From assembly GCA_963768655.1 (NCBI GenBank), contig CAVYIM010000005.1, positions 256,001 to 320,000 on the forward strand: 64,000 nt of DNA, given 5' to 3'. A program made the translations under genes and the position numbers. The notes under the pieces are model-generated. The model saw only the letters and a list, made by a program, of their open reading frames with translations. It did no database searches and had not been told where the DNA came from. The stretch is from an uncultured Chloroflexia bacterium (lineage in GTDB: Bacteria; Chloroflexota; Limnocylindria; Limnocylindrales; CSP1-4). How positions within the stretch are numbered: position 1 is the stretch's first letter; each line of letters opens with the position of its first letter. Below, one piece after another: positions 52,347-64,000 of the stretch.

Positions 52347-52513
52347 GTCTCCACCTCGGCGATCGATCCATCGCTGCACACCATCAACGAATTGGGCCGT
52401 CGCATCGTTCAATCTCGCAGATCGGGGAGCCTCGGTCGAGAGCGATTGCGACTGGGATTCTCGGCAGATGAGTTCCGCCACATGGAGACGGTCGCGCCGG
52501 TCGCGCCGCTCGA

Positions 52514-53497
52514 CTACGCCGCCCGGCGCGGCAAGCCGACCGCGTCGGTCCCGAACCACGTCCCCGACGCGCCCTTGACGATCGCCACCGCGTTCTCCAG
52601 GGCGCCGATCGCGGCGAAACGGCCGCCGCCCTGGACGAACTGGGCGCACGCCCGAACCTTGGGCGCCATCGAGCCGGCCGGCCACGCGCCCGCGGCAAGA
52701 CCTTCCATCGCCTCGTCGACGGAGAGGCGCAGGATCGCCTCCTGGCGCGGCGTGCCCCAGCGGCGATACACGGCGTCTACGTCGCTGAGGAGCAGCAGGC
52801 CGTCCGCCTCCACCGAGCGGGCGAGAACGACCGCGGCGAGGTCCTTGTCGATGACCGCCTCGACGCCGACGTACCGCCCGTCGGCCCCCTCCACGACGGG
52901 CACTCCGCCACCGCCCGACGCGACAACCAGCACGCCCGCCTCCACGAGAGTTCGGATCGCGCTCGCCTCTACGATCCGGATCGGCGGCGGCGAGGGAACC
53001 ACCCGACGCCAGCTCTTGCCGTCGGGGGCGATGCTCCAGCCGCGCGTTCGGGCGTGCTCGCGGGCCGTCTCCTCGTCGTAGATCGGGCCGACCGGCTTGG
53101 TGGGGTTGGCGAACGCAGGATCGTCGGCCGGGACGACTGTGCGGGTGACAACGACGGCGATCTCGCGCCGCCGGCCGCGCTCCAGGAACGCGTCGTTGAG
53201 GGCGTTGGCCAGCAGATAGCCGATCTGGCCCTGCGTTTCCGCGCCCAGGACGTCGAGCGGCGGCGCCGGGACCACGGAGGCGGCCATCTCCGCTCCGATT
53301 GCCAGGAAGCCGACCTGCGGGCCGTTGCCGTGGGTGATCACGATCTCGGCGCGACTGCCTTCGGCGAGCGTGACCAGACCCCGCGCCGCCGCCACGAGGT
53401 TGCGGCGCTGGACCTCGGTAGAGCCGGCTTCGCCTCGCCTGATCAGGGCATTGCCGCCCAGAGCGATGGCGAGGCGAGTCACCGAAGTTGCCCGCAC
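52514..53497 (-). CDS. arcC: Carbamate kinase
   Basis: IALGGNAL, THGNGPQVG, PTKPVGP, RRVVPSP, EAVIDKD, GSMAPKV. Confidence 0.95.
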   Translation of the reverse strand: MRATSVTRLAIALGGNALIRRGEAGSTEVQRRNLVAAARGLVTLAEGSRAEIVITHGNGPQVGFLAIGAEMAASVVPAPPLDVLGAETQGQIGYLLANALNDAFLERGRRREIAVVVTRTVVPADDPAFANPTKPVGPIYDEETAREHARTRGWSIAPDGKSWRRVVPSPPPIRIVEASAIRTLVEAGVLVVASGGGGVPVVEGADGRYVGVEAVIDKDLAAVVLARSVEADGLLLLSDVDAVYRRWGTPRQEAILRLSVDEAMEGLAAGAWPAGSMAPKVRACAQFVQGGGRFAAIGALENAVAIVKGASGTWFGTDAVGLPRRAA

Positions 53498-53531
53498 CGA
53501 GGGGCGAAGTCCGAGGCGACGCCCACGATCT

Positions 53532-54473
53532 TCATGCCAGGCGCTCCCCCGATTCGTCGCCGGTGATGAGCAGGTACAGCAGCGCCTGCTCGGTGTACCA
53601 GCGGTCCTCGGCCTCGTCCCAGACGCGCGACTGCGGTCCGTCCATCACCTCGTCGGTGACTTCGTCGCCGCGGTGCGCCGGCAGGCAGTGCAGGAAGATC
53701 GCCCGCGGCGCGGCAAGCGCCATGAGAGCGCCGTCCACGCAGTACCCGGCGAAGGCGCGAGCCCGCTCTTCGCGTTCCTTTTCCTGGCCCATGCTGGCCC
53801 AGACGTCCGTGTAGACGGCGTCGGCGCCACGTACGGCTGCCCGGACATCGTGGCCCAGCTCGATGCCGCCGCCGTTGACGCGGCAGTTGGCCTGCGCCGC
53901 GGCGACGATCTCAGGTTTGGGCTCGTAGCCGGGCGGCGTGGAAATGGCGAGGGTGAAGCCCATGTGGCCGGCCGCCTGGATCAGCGAGTGGCAGACGTTG
54001 TTGCCGTCGCCGATGAAAGCCAGGCGGACGCCAGCGAGCGACCCGAACTCGTCCTCGATGGTCATCACGTCGGCCAGGGCCTGGCAGGGATGGTGGTCGT
54101 CGGTCAGGGCGTTGACGATCGGGATAGTGGCGTGGCGGGCCAGCTCTTCGACCCTGGCCTGCTCGAAGGTTCGGATCACGAAGGCGGACAGGTAGCGCGA
54201 CAGGACGCGCGCCGTGTCGGCGATCGTCTCGCCGCGGCCGATCTGAAGCTCGTCCGAGCGAAGGGCGATCGGCAGCATGCCGAGGCCCCATATGGCCGCC
54301 TCGAAGCTGACGCGGGTCCGCGTCGACGGCTTGTCGAAGAGGAGGCCGACGCGGCCCCCGGCCAGGGCGTCGCGGGTCATGCCCCCGCGGCTCTTGATGC
54401 GGGCGGCCAGGTCGAGGGTGTGGCGGATCCCATCCCGCCCCAGGGAATCCAGAGTCAGCAGGTGCCGGGTCAT
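53532..54473 (-). CDS. argF: Ornithine carbamoyltransferase
   Basis: KPSTRTR, HPCQALAD, YTDVWASMG, HCLP. Confidence 0.95.
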   Translation of the reverse strand: MTRHLLTLDSLGRDGIRHTLDLAARIKSRGGMTRDALAGGRVGLLFDKPSTRTRVSFEAAIWGLGMLPIALRSDELQIGRGETIADTARVLSRYLSAFVIRTFEQARVEELARHATIPIVNALTDDHHPCQALADVMTIEDEFGSLAGVRLAFIGDGNNVCHSLIQAAGHMGFTLAISTPPGYEPKPEIVAAAQANCRVNGGGIELGHDVRAAVRGADAVYTDVWASMGQEKEREERARAFAGYCVDGALMALAAPRAIFLHCLPAHRGDEVTDEVMDGPQSRVWDEAEDRWYTEQALLYLLITGDESGERLA

Positions 54474-54486
54474 CGGAGTGCCTCCC

Positions 54487-55860
54487 TCAGCGATGAGCCG
54501 CCGGCGTCGAGCCGGCGCGAGCCTTCTCCACGATACCGCGCAGGAGGTCGATCAGCTTTGGCTGGGCCGCCTGCCCGGGCTCGGCCGTCATCTCTTCGAG
54601 CTCATAGCCAACCCGCACGACCGGCTTCGTCAGCTTGAGGACGCGGGTCAGGTCGATCGGCGTGGCCGAGAGGACCAGGTCGGCCGGCATGGCGTTCAGC
54701 GTCGTCTCCAGCTCGTGCATCTGGCCCTGACCGTAGCCCATCGCGGGGATTAGATGCTCGAGGGCCGGATACTTGTGGAGCGTCGCGGCGAGCTCACCCA
54801 TGGCGTACGGGACCGGATCGACGAGCTCGGCCGCGCCGAAGCGCCGCGCGGCCACGACTCCCGCCCCGAAGGTCATGCCGCCGTGAGTGAGCGTCGGGCC
54901 GTCCTCGACGACCGCCACCTTCTTACCCTTGATCTCGCCGCCCTGGAGCGTCAGCGCCGACCGCGCCAGGATCACCTTTGCGCGCGGATTCATCTCCGCG
55001 ACGTCGGCCTTCACTTCGGCGACCTGCTCTTTGGAGGCTGAGTCGACCTTGTTGATGACGACCACGTCGGCCAGGCGGATGTTCGTCTCGCCGGGGTGGT
55101 AGTGAAGCTCGTGGCCGGCCCGCAGCGGATCGGCGACCACTACGAACAGGTCCGGCTTGAAGAACGGGAAGTCGTTGTTGCCGCCGTCCCACATGACGAC
55201 GTCGGCCTCGGCTTCGGCCTGGCGCAGGATCGCCTCGTAGTCGACGCCGGCGTAGAGGACGCGGCCGGCATCCAGGTGCGGCTCGTACTCTTCGCGCTCC
55301 TCGATCGTAGTGTCGTAGCGGTCCAGGTCGGCGTAGGTGGCGTAGCGCTGGACGCGCTGGGCGAGGAGATCGCCGTACGGCATCGGGTGGCGAGCGACGA
55401 CGACACGCAATCCCAGCTTCTCGAGGAGAGCGGCGATGTAGCGCGTGGTCTGGCTCTTGCCGGCGCCGGTGCGAGTCGCGCCAGTGGCGACCACCGGCTT
55501 CGCGCTCACGAGCATCGTCCGCGCCGGACCGAGCAACTCGAAGTCGGCACCGGCGGCGAGGGCCCGACTGGCCATGTGCATGACGTGCTCGTGGGTGACG
55601 TCGCTGTAGGCGAAGACCACGAGGTCGACCGACTTCTCGGCAAGCACGCGCTCCAGGTCCGCCTCGGCGACGATCGGGATGCCGCTCGGATACAGCGGCC
55701 CCGCCAGCTCCGGCGGGTAGTTGCGTCCGGCGATCCCGGGAATCTGGGTCGCGGCCGTAAACGCCACGACCTCGACGCTCGGGTCGTTACGATAGGCAGT
55801 GTTGAAGTCGTGGAAGTCGCGACCAGCGGCTCCCATGATCACAACTCGGGTGCGATCCAT
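54487..55860 (-). CDS. cDPGS-like P-loop NTPase, probable arginine synthetase (ArcE type)
   Basis: IMGAAGRDFHDFN, RTGAGKSQT, RHPMPYG, EEREEYEPH, WDGGNND, EDGPTLTHGGM; first gene of the operon with argF and arcC. Confidence 0.75.
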   Translation of the reverse strand: MDRTRVVIMGAAGRDFHDFNTAYRNDPSVEVVAFTAATQIPGIAGRNYPPELAGPLYPSGIPIVAEADLERVLAEKSVDLVVFAYSDVTHEHVMHMASRALAAGADFELLGPARTMLVSAKPVVATGATRTGAGKSQTTRYIAALLEKLGLRVVVARHPMPYGDLLAQRVQRYATYADLDRYDTTIEEREEYEPHLDAGRVLYAGVDYEAILRQAEAEADVVMWDGGNNDFPFFKPDLFVVVADPLRAGHELHYHPGETNIRLADVVVINKVDSASKEQVAEVKADVAEMNPRAKVILARSALTLQGGEIKGKKVAVVEDGPTLTHGGMTFGAGVVAARRFGAAELVDPVPYAMGELAATLHKYPALEHLIPAMGYGQGQMHELETTLNAMPADLVLSATPIDLTRVLKLTKPVVRVGYELEEMTAEPGQAAQPKLIDLLRGIVEKARAGSTPAAHR

Positions 55861-56144
55861 GGTCTTCCGGCCCTTCCGCAGTCGCGCCGTAGGGCAATCC
55901 CCGGCAGCGAACCTGGAGCTGACGAGCCGGTTCCGCTTCTGGTCCAGCGGTCGTCCAGCAACAGGTAGTGTCTCCGGCGCGGCGTCCGCGCGCAAGACCC
56001 GAGTCGCCCGGTCGTGCGACAGCCCATCAGGCGGGCCTGCGGGCGGGGCGCCGGAGTCTGCGGGCGGGTCGCAGCGCCTGCGGGCGCGTGGCCGGAGCCG
56101 CGAGCGGGTCGCCGGGGCCGCGGGCCGTCGCCGGGGCAGCGCGC

Positions 56145-57161
56145 CTACTCGGTCGAAGTCGCCTCCAGCATCACCGGACCGGCCGTCCGCCCACCCACGC
56201 CGGGCCGGGCCGGCAGGTCGGTCCGCCGGATCTGGCCGAACCCGGCGCGGCCGAGAAGCTCCTCGATCCAGCCGACGGTCGGAGCCCTCCAGGCCGGATC
56301 TGCGAGGGTCCGCACGAGTGCCCAGGCACGGCGCGACCGATCCGCCGAGGCCTCATCCGGTAGCAATTCGTCGACGATGACGAACCGGCCGCCCGGCCGT
56401 AGCGTTTCACGGATTCTGCGGAACAGCGCCTCCGAGAAGACCGCGACGTCGCATTCCAGTACGGCGTCGAAACCGCCGGGCAGGGGATCGCGCAGGAAGT
56501 CAGCGCCCTGGAACAGGATGCGGTCGTCGACTCCCTCAGCCGCCGCGATCTCCCGGCCGGCAGCGCAGACGGTGGCGATGTCGACGATGGTGACTTCGAG
56601 CTTCGGCCAGCGTTTCGCCAGGGCAATCGCGACCACGCCCGACCCGCCGCCGAGGTCCATCAGGCGCCGTGTGCCGCCCAGGTCCAGCGCCGCGGCGACG
56701 TCAGCGGCCAGCGGCTGGTGGATCTCGTAGAGCATCCGCGTGAAGCGGCGCGCCCGTTCTGGATCGGCCGCCATCTGTTCCACGTAGCCGGCCGTTCCGA
56801 CCCATTTCTCGCCCGGTGCGGCCCGCAGAGCGCCGGGAAGATCCACGACGGCGGCCAGTCGCTCCCTCGCCTCTTGCGCCAGCAAAGCCCACGTGCCCGC
56901 CGTGTACCCGCCCAGGATCGACGCGCGGGCCGCTTGCGTGGGCCGCCAGCGGGAGCCCAACTCCTCGACCACGCCGATCGCCTCGAGGACACGGAGCCAG
57001 GCTTCACAGCGTCCGGGACAGATTCCGAGGCCGCGACCGACGCTTGCCGTGTCCGCCGGCTCGGCTTCGAGCGTCGGGATGAGCCCGAGCTCCAGCGCCG
57101 CGCCCAGCGCGGCGCCCTCGACCGGTCGGTCCAGCAGGGCGATGAACTCGTCAGCCGACAT
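56145..57161 (-). CDS. SAM-dependent O-methyltransferase (methyltransf_2 type)
   Basis: LMDLGGGSG, GADFLRDPLP; N-terminal dimerisation domain. Confidence 0.88.
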   Translation of the reverse strand: MSADEFIALLDRPVEGAALGAALELGLIPTLEAEPADTASVGRGLGICPGRCEAWLRVLEAIGVVEELGSRWRPTQAARASILGGYTAGTWALLAQEARERLAAVVDLPGALRAAPGEKWVGTAGYVEQMAADPERARRFTRMLYEIHQPLAADVAAALDLGGTRRLMDLGGGSGVVAIALAKRWPKLEVTIVDIATVCAAGREIAAAEGVDDRILFQGADFLRDPLPGGFDAVLECDVAVFSEALFRRIRETLRPGGRFVIVDELLPDEASADRSRRAWALVRTLADPAWRAPTVGWIEELLGRAGFGQIRRTDLPARPGVGGRTAGPVMLEATSTE

Positions 57162-57220
57162 GAACACACCTCCCCGGCTACATCCTACGCTGCATGCGAC
57201 GGGTCCCTCCCGACGGGCCG

Positions 57221-58483
57221 TCAGGTCAGGTACTGGAACATGCCGAAGAGGCCGGCGAGCAGAAGTGCGGCGGTCAGCAGCCACAGGACCGCGCTGTGGA
57301 GCCCGGAGTTCGCCAGCTCGCCCAATAGCCTGCGGTCGCTGGTCAGCCGAACCAGGAAGGCGAGCGGCAGCGCCAGCACGACTACGTTGAAGACCATCGC
57401 ACCCACGCACAGCCGCACCAGGTCGGCGGAGAAGAGCGCCACGGCGGCGGCCGGGAGCACCTCGGCGAAGTAGACGGCGTAGAACTTGCGAGCCTCATTG
57501 GGTTTTAGGTTGAGGCTGTGGGGCCAGCCCATCAGCTCCCCGATCCCCCACGCCGCCGAGAGCGAAACCACCACGAGCGCGAGCAAGCCCGAGCCCATCA
57601 GGCCGATGGCGATGAGCCAGCCCGTCCCGCCCGTCGCCAGGCGAGCCAGCCCTTCGGGCAGCGCAGAAAGGCTCGCCGAGGCAGCGGCCGCCGGCGCAGA
57701 CTCCATCGCCGTCGCGGCCGCGATAACGATGGCCGCCATCAACGCCTGACTGGCGATGGCGCCGACCAGCGTCTCGATCCGCGAGCCGCCCAAGTCTTCG
57801 CGGGTCAGGCGCTTGTCGACGCTGGCGGACTGCTGGTAGAAGAGCATCCACGGCATGATCGAAGCGCCAACGATGGCCACCACCAGGGCGAAATAGTCGT
57901 GCGGCGCGTTGCTCGGGATCGGGCTCAGGTCCGAGACGAGATGAGCCAGGTTCGGGTGTCCGACAACCGCCAGTACCACGAAGCTGAACAGCGCCAGCGA
58001 CAGCACCAGCGCACCGCGTTCGAAGACCGAGTAGCCGCCGGTCAGGACCGCGCCGGCGTGCAGAGCCAGCGCCCCGATTATGGCCACCGGCGCGGGAATG
58101 CCGAGGATCGCCGCGCCCAGAGCGATGCCGGCGAACTCCGCCACGTAGGCAACGAAGTTGATGACGGCCATGCCGGCGACCGAGACGGCCGCCCAGCCCG
58201 GCCCGTATCGCGCCCGGACCAGCTCCGCGTGGCCCTTGCCGGTGGCCAGTGCCAGCCGGGCAGTCATCTCCTGCACCAGGAAGAGGATCGGCACGATGAC
58301 GAAGATGGGGAGCACGAGAGCGTAGCCGGAGACCGTCCCGCCCTGGCCCGCGGTCACGACGCTGGGAGCGTCCACGTCGGCGAGCATCACCACCCAGGCC
58401 GGCCCCACGACCCGCAGCCAGCGCGCCAGCGCCGGGGAGCGGATCGCTCCGGCCATGGAGCGGATGCCGCCGATGACAGTCAC
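57221..58483 (-). CDS. NRAMP-related divalent cation transporter with non-canonical DAPS motif
   Basis: GPAWVVMLADVDAPS, QEMTARL, AEFAGI, GASIMPWMLFYQQS. Confidence 0.88.
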   Translation of the reverse strand: MTVIGGIRSMAGAIRSPALARWLRVVGPAWVVMLADVDAPSVVTAGQGGTVSGYALVLPIFVIVPILFLVQEMTARLALATGKGHAELVRARYGPGWAAVSVAGMAVINFVAYVAEFAGIALGAAILGIPAPVAIIGALALHAGAVLTGGYSVFERGALVLSLALFSFVVLAVVGHPNLAHLVSDLSPIPSNAPHDYFALVVAIVGASIMPWMLFYQQSASVDKRLTREDLGGSRIETLVGAIASQALMAAIVIAAATAMESAPAAAASASLSALPEGLARLATGGTGWLIAIGLMGSGLLALVVVSLSAAWGIGELMGWPHSLNLKPNEARKFYAVYFAEVLPAAAVALFSADLVRLCVGAMVFNVVVLALPLAFLVRLTSDRRLLGELANSGLHSAVLWLLTAALLLAGLFGMFQYLT

Positions 58484-58898
58484 GCCTATATCCTAGCTGA
58501 TAGCTAGGCTTTCCCGGCGGCCATTCCGACCGTGAACGCGGACCGCCCGGAACCTCTGGCCCAGACCTCGTGGTCCTGGCGACGAGCCCGCTTCGCGGGA
58601 GCGGACGCGCCCCGGCCATGACTCGGGGCATCTGGTCAGACTTGCCCCACATGAAAGTTGCCGCGGATGGACGGCCGACGGCGGCCCCGACGCGGTCCCC
58701 GCCCGGTCATTGCCCGCTCATCGAGCCCCCGCCCGAGCGTGAATCCCGCGCCCGGGCGGTCTCCCGGCACCCCACCGCGCGCTGGCGAGCCGCGATCAGA
58801 TGGCCAACTCTCACTCCAGGCAAGTTGGACCGGAAGGCATGCGGGCCGGCCGCGGCATCCGGCCGCGACTACTCCGTGTCCCCCGCGACCCGCCGCGA

Positions 58899-60746
<1,848 letters not shown>

Positions 60747-60788
60747 TCAGGTAAGGAGCAGGCTGCTGTCGAAGTGATTCCTTTTCAC
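60747..60788 (-). promoter_or_regulatory. leu leader peptide MKRNHFDSSLLLT
   Basis: GTG-start 13-codon ORF with three consecutive Leu codons just upstream of the terminator and leuA. Confidence 0.8.
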
Positions 60789-60911
60789 GGTGCCGCACAG
60801 TGTAGCCCGTGGCGGCGGATTCGGTAACCACCAATTGCATGAGAAGCAGTTAGTGGACCTGCAGGCCCGCATCCGGCGAACCAATCGACCTGTGCCGGAC
60901 GTCTCGACGGC

Positions 60912-61946
60912 ATGAGAAACCCGACCGGCCGCGGCCATCGCCCCTCGCGCGGCCGATGGCGCCCCTCGCGCTGGGATCTGCTGGCCGTGCTTCCGATCGC
61001 GCTGGTCGCGTTCGCCGTGGTTGCGTTCGTCCATCCGCCCCAGTCCGGGCCGCTTGCGCTGGCGCTGATGCTGGAAGCGGACCTCTTCATCGCCGTGTTC
61101 GTGATCCTCGCTCCAATCGCGCTGCTGGCACGGGCGCGAGTCCTGGGAGCGGCCCTCCTGATCGTCTTCATCGGCGGCGGCGGACTCTTCGGCTCGGAGT
61201 GGATTTCGCTGCCGGCGAGCGGCGCCGCCCGCCACGACTTCTCGGCCATGAATTGGAACCTGGAATACGGAGAACGCACGCCCGCCGCGGCGGCGGCCCA
61301 GCTCGAGCACGTCACCGTCGACCTGATCGCGTTGCAGGAGCTCGAGCCCGACGCCGCGGCCGCAATCGAGGCCAACCTGACGATCACCGTCGGGTATCCG
61401 TACCGAGCGATGGTCCCGCGCTGGGGTGCCGGCGGACTCGGTGTCCTCAGCCGCTATCCCATCGAGAGCGTGAGCTCGTCCGAGGACCCACCTTGCCTCG
61501 AGCTGACCGTGGACACTCCCCGCGGGAAGGTTCAGGTCATCGATGCCCACCCGACGCACGGTGAGATCGACAAGGCCACGCGGTTACGCCTCCCGATCGA
61601 CTTCAACGCGTCGGATCGAAGAGCGGCCATCGCGACGCTTCGCAAGCGCATCGACCCCGTGCTCGCCAGCGGCCAGCGGCTCCTCGTCCTCGGCGACTTC
61701 AACACCGCCCCGTCCGACCCTGAGAACCGAATCCTCACGAACGGGCTGCGCGATACCCATGTCGAAGTCGGAGAAGGGCCGGGCTGGACGTGGCGGCCCC
61801 GCCGTCTTGCCTTCCTCCCGGTCGCGTTCGTACGGATTGACCGACAGCTGACGGCCGGTCCGATCCTGCCGTCTTCGACCTGGGTCGATTGCTCGCTTCC
61901 GGGCGACCACTGCCGCCTATTCGGCACCTACGAGATCGACGGCTGA
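60912..61946 (+). CDS. Endonuclease/exonuclease/phosphatase (EEP) family membrane protein
   Basis: WNL, DLIALQE, LSRYPI, VLGDFN, RID, PGDH. Confidence 0.9.
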   Translation: MRNPTGRGHRPSRGRWRPSRWDLLAVLPIALVAFAVVAFVHPPQSGPLALALMLEADLFIAVFVILAPIALLARARVLGAALLIVFIGGGGLFGSEWISLPASGAARHDFSAMNWNLEYGERTPAAAAAQLEHVTVDLIALQELEPDAAAAIEANLTITVGYPYRAMVPRWGAGGLGVLSRYPIESVSSSEDPPCLELTVDTPRGKVQVIDAHPTHGEIDKATRLRLPIDFNASDRRAAIATLRKRIDPVLASGQRLLVLGDFNTAPSDPENRILTNGLRDTHVEVGEGPGWTWRPRRLAFLPVAFVRIDRQLTAGPILPSSTWVDCSLPGDHCRLFGTYEIDG

Positions 61947-62389
61947 CGGGGCACCCCAGCCGGCGGGGCGCGGCGCGTGGTCGATCCTGGAGGGGAAATG
62001 GCTCCGACGGTCCGGCCCCGGGCGCCTGCTGAATTCGGCTCGCCCTTCCGCCGATATCTTGCTCCCCCAACTCGCTCGCTCGCGCGAATCGCTGGCAGCC
62101 GGGCGTCTGGAGTGCGCCACCTGTCACCAGATCGTCCCGCGTCGGTTCCCGGTTCAACGCAGCTGCGGGGACTGCCGGAAGGCCCGCAACCGCACCCGGA
62201 GCCGCGAGGCGGTGGCACGCAAGCGGCGGAATGCCCCCAAGCCGAATGAGACGTCGATCTGCTGGACGAGTCATGAGATGGTTGGTGAGGTGACGACGGA
62301 TCCGACCAGCCTGACTCCGGCACCAAATCGCTGCCCCTTGCTGGAGGTGCTACTATCGATGTGATATCACCAAGCTAGCGGAGAATGAC

Positions 62390-63277
62390 ATGATCCAGGA
62401 GCGGAAGGGCCCGGCACTCAATGGATTCCCGGTGCTGTTCGCGTTGCTCGTGGCCACAGTGGTGCCGTCCGGCGCAATCGTCTACAACGTCGCGAACATC
62501 GGCAGCCAGGTGGAGACCGGCCCCGTCTACCTCCAAATCGGGCTCGTCGTGTATGCCGTGCTCGTCGCCCTCGGATGGGCCGGCCTGACGGTGGTGAACC
62601 CCAACGAGGCGCGCGCGCTGGTGCTGTTCGGCCGCTACTCCGGGAGCCTCAAGCAGCAGGGCTTCTGGTGGGTCAACCCGTTCACCCGCCGTCGTCGCAT
62701 CTCGATCAAGGTGCGCAACTTCGAGAGCCAGAAGCTCAAGGTCAACGATCGCGACGGCAATCCGATCGAGATCGCCGCGGTCGTGGTGTGGCGCGTGGCC
62801 GACACCGCGGAGGCGCTCTTCGAGGTCGATGACTACGAGCAGTTCCTGAAGGTCCAGACGGAAGCGGCGATCCGCACGCTCACCACCTCCTACCCATACG
62901 AACCCCACCTCCAGGAGTTGTCGCTGCGCGGCAACCCCCACGAGGTCGGCGAGCAGCTGCAGGCGGAGGTGCAGGGTCGCCTCCAGAAGGCCGGCATCGA
63001 GGTGATGGACACCCGTATCAGTCACCTCGCCTATGCCCCCGAGATCGCCAACGCGATGCTGCGGCGTCAGCAGGCGAGCGCGGTCATCGATGCTCGGACC
63101 CGGATCGTCGAAGGTGCCGTGAGCATGGTCCAGATGGCACTCGACCAGCTCTCCGAGAAGCACATCGTCGACCTCGACGAGGAACGCAAAGCCACCATGG
63201 TCAGCAACCTCCTGGTCGTGCTCTGCAGCGAGCATGACGCGCAGCCGGTCGTGAACACGGGCACGCTGTACCAGTAG
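62390..63277 (+). CDS. SPFH/band 7 domain protein
   Basis: [51 protein letters not shown]. Confidence 0.93.
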   Translation: MIQERKGPALNGFPVLFALLVATVVPSGAIVYNVANIGSQVETGPVYLQIGLVVYAVLVALGWAGLTVVNPNEARALVLFGRYSGSLKQQGFWWVNPFTRRRRISIKVRNFESQKLKVNDRDGNPIEIAAVVVWRVADTAEALFEVDDYEQFLKVQTEAAIRTLTTSYPYEPHLQELSLRGNPHEVGEQLQAEVQGRLQKAGIEVMDTRISHLAYAPEIANAMLRRQQASAVIDARTRIVEGAVSMVQMALDQLSEKHIVDLDEERKATMVSNLLVVLCSEHDAQPVVNTGTLYQ

Positions 63278-63293
63278 CCGGCCGCGGAACGAG

Positions 63294-63545
63294 ATGATGG
63301 AACGCAAGTCGTTCCTGCTGCGGCTCGATCCGGCCACGATGGAGGCGCTGCGCGTTTGGGCGGGCGACGACCTGCGCAGCCTGAACGGGCAGATGGAGTT
63401 CCTGCTCCGGCGTGCGTTGCGGGACGCCGGCCGCGTTCCTGACGCTAAGAGGGCGCGCCCTACGAAGCCCGATAGCACAGAGCAAACAGACGCTGACTCG
63501 TCGGCCACGCGCGGACGTGCGGCGATTGCACCGGAGGACAGATGA
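63294..63545 (+). CDS. Arc/RHH-type DNA-binding protein
   Basis: [10 protein letters not shown]...[18 protein letters not shown]. Confidence 0.85.
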   Translation: MMERKSFLLRLDPATMEALRVWAGDDLRSLNGQMEFLLRRALRDAGRVPDAKRARPTKPDSTEQTDADSSATRGRAAIAPEDR

Positions 63546-64000
63546 GCACTCAGCGCAGTCTCGAAATCAGAGGGATCTCGAAACGATACGGGGAGACAAT
63601 CGCCGTACAAGACCTGAGCTTCGACGTCCATGCCGGCGAGTTGTTCGGCTTCGTCGGGCGCAACGGCGCGGGCAAGACCACCACGATGCGGATCGTGCTC
63701 GGCGTCCTCGCTGCCGACGCAGGCGAGGTGCGATGGGATCGAAGGCTGCTCGACCTTGAGGCGCGCAGGCGGATCGGATACATGCCCGAGGAGCGGGGGC
63801 TGTATCCGAAGATGCGACTGGCCGAGCAGCTGGCATACCTGGGCGAGCTTCACGGCATGACCGACTCAGAGGCACGCGTTTCGGCCGCGCACTGGATTGA
63901 TCGCTTCGGCCTGAAGGACCGGGCAAACGACGATCTGCAGGCGCTCAGTCTTGGCAACCAGCAGCGCATCCAGCTGGCTGCCGCACTGGTCTTCGGTCCG
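63542..64000 (+). CDS. ABC transporter ATP-binding protein (partial, runs off the right edge)
   Basis: LEIRGISKRYG, GRNGAGKTT, GYMPEERGLY, LSLGNQQR. Confidence 0.92.
   Translation, partial: MSTQRSLEIRGISKRYGETIAVQDLSFDVHAGELFGFVGRNGAGKTTTMRIVLGVLAADAGEVRWDRRLLDLEARRRIGYMPEERGLYPKMRLAEQLAYLGELHGMTDSEARVSAAHWIDRFGLKDRANDDLQALSLGNQQRIQLAAALVFGP

Noticed and set aside
58484-58650. Calling the NRAMP leader an M-box or yybP-ykoY riboswitch
   Set aside because: Signature motifs (GTTAGGTGAGGCT; GGGGAGTAG...GAGACC) are not visible, so it is kept only as an unassigned candidate

Overview
GC-rich bacterial chromosome window. Gene content and style suggest Chloroflexota or a similar high-GC soil/freshwater lineage (inference only). 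It has two parts. (1) Positions 1-15.7 kb are an accessory island ending at the 3' end of a tRNA-Gln(CTG) gene. It carries a tyrosine integrase and a co-oriented satellite/IME-like replication module (Zn-finger/Toprim primase fused to an ATPase/helicase, plus small Cys-rich genes, with no capsid genes). It also carries degraded cargo and a dense defence/TA block: type I RM hsdM, BrnT with an atypical partner, DUF4160/DUF2442, MazF-like, MNT/HEPN, an HD protein and a PARG-like macrodomain protein coupled to a Zn-finger gene. Many island genes are frameshifted. (2) Positions 16-64 kb are mostly intact core/metabolic genes: adenosine/adenine deaminase, glnS, a cluster with two DhaKL pairs plus an EIIA-HPr-EI fusion, aldolase and SorC regulator, an MbfA-like VIT1 protein, a PAS kinase with CYTH, PspC, CAP, YceI, TerB, CpaE, a heterodimeric ABC exporter, an ECF sigma/anti-sigma pair, an arcE-like/argF/arcC arginine operon, an NRAMP-like transporter, leuA with a Leu-leader attenuator, an EEP hydrolase and an SPFH/RHH/ABC operon. 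The best leads are the PARG-like/Zn-finger pair in the TA/RM island, the tRNA-Gln satellite-like element with a structured non-coding segment, the arginine-synthetase-type operon, and several unexplained structured leaders (NRAMP, CAP gene, 40.0-40.2 kb). All calls were made by eye from motifs; no searches were run.
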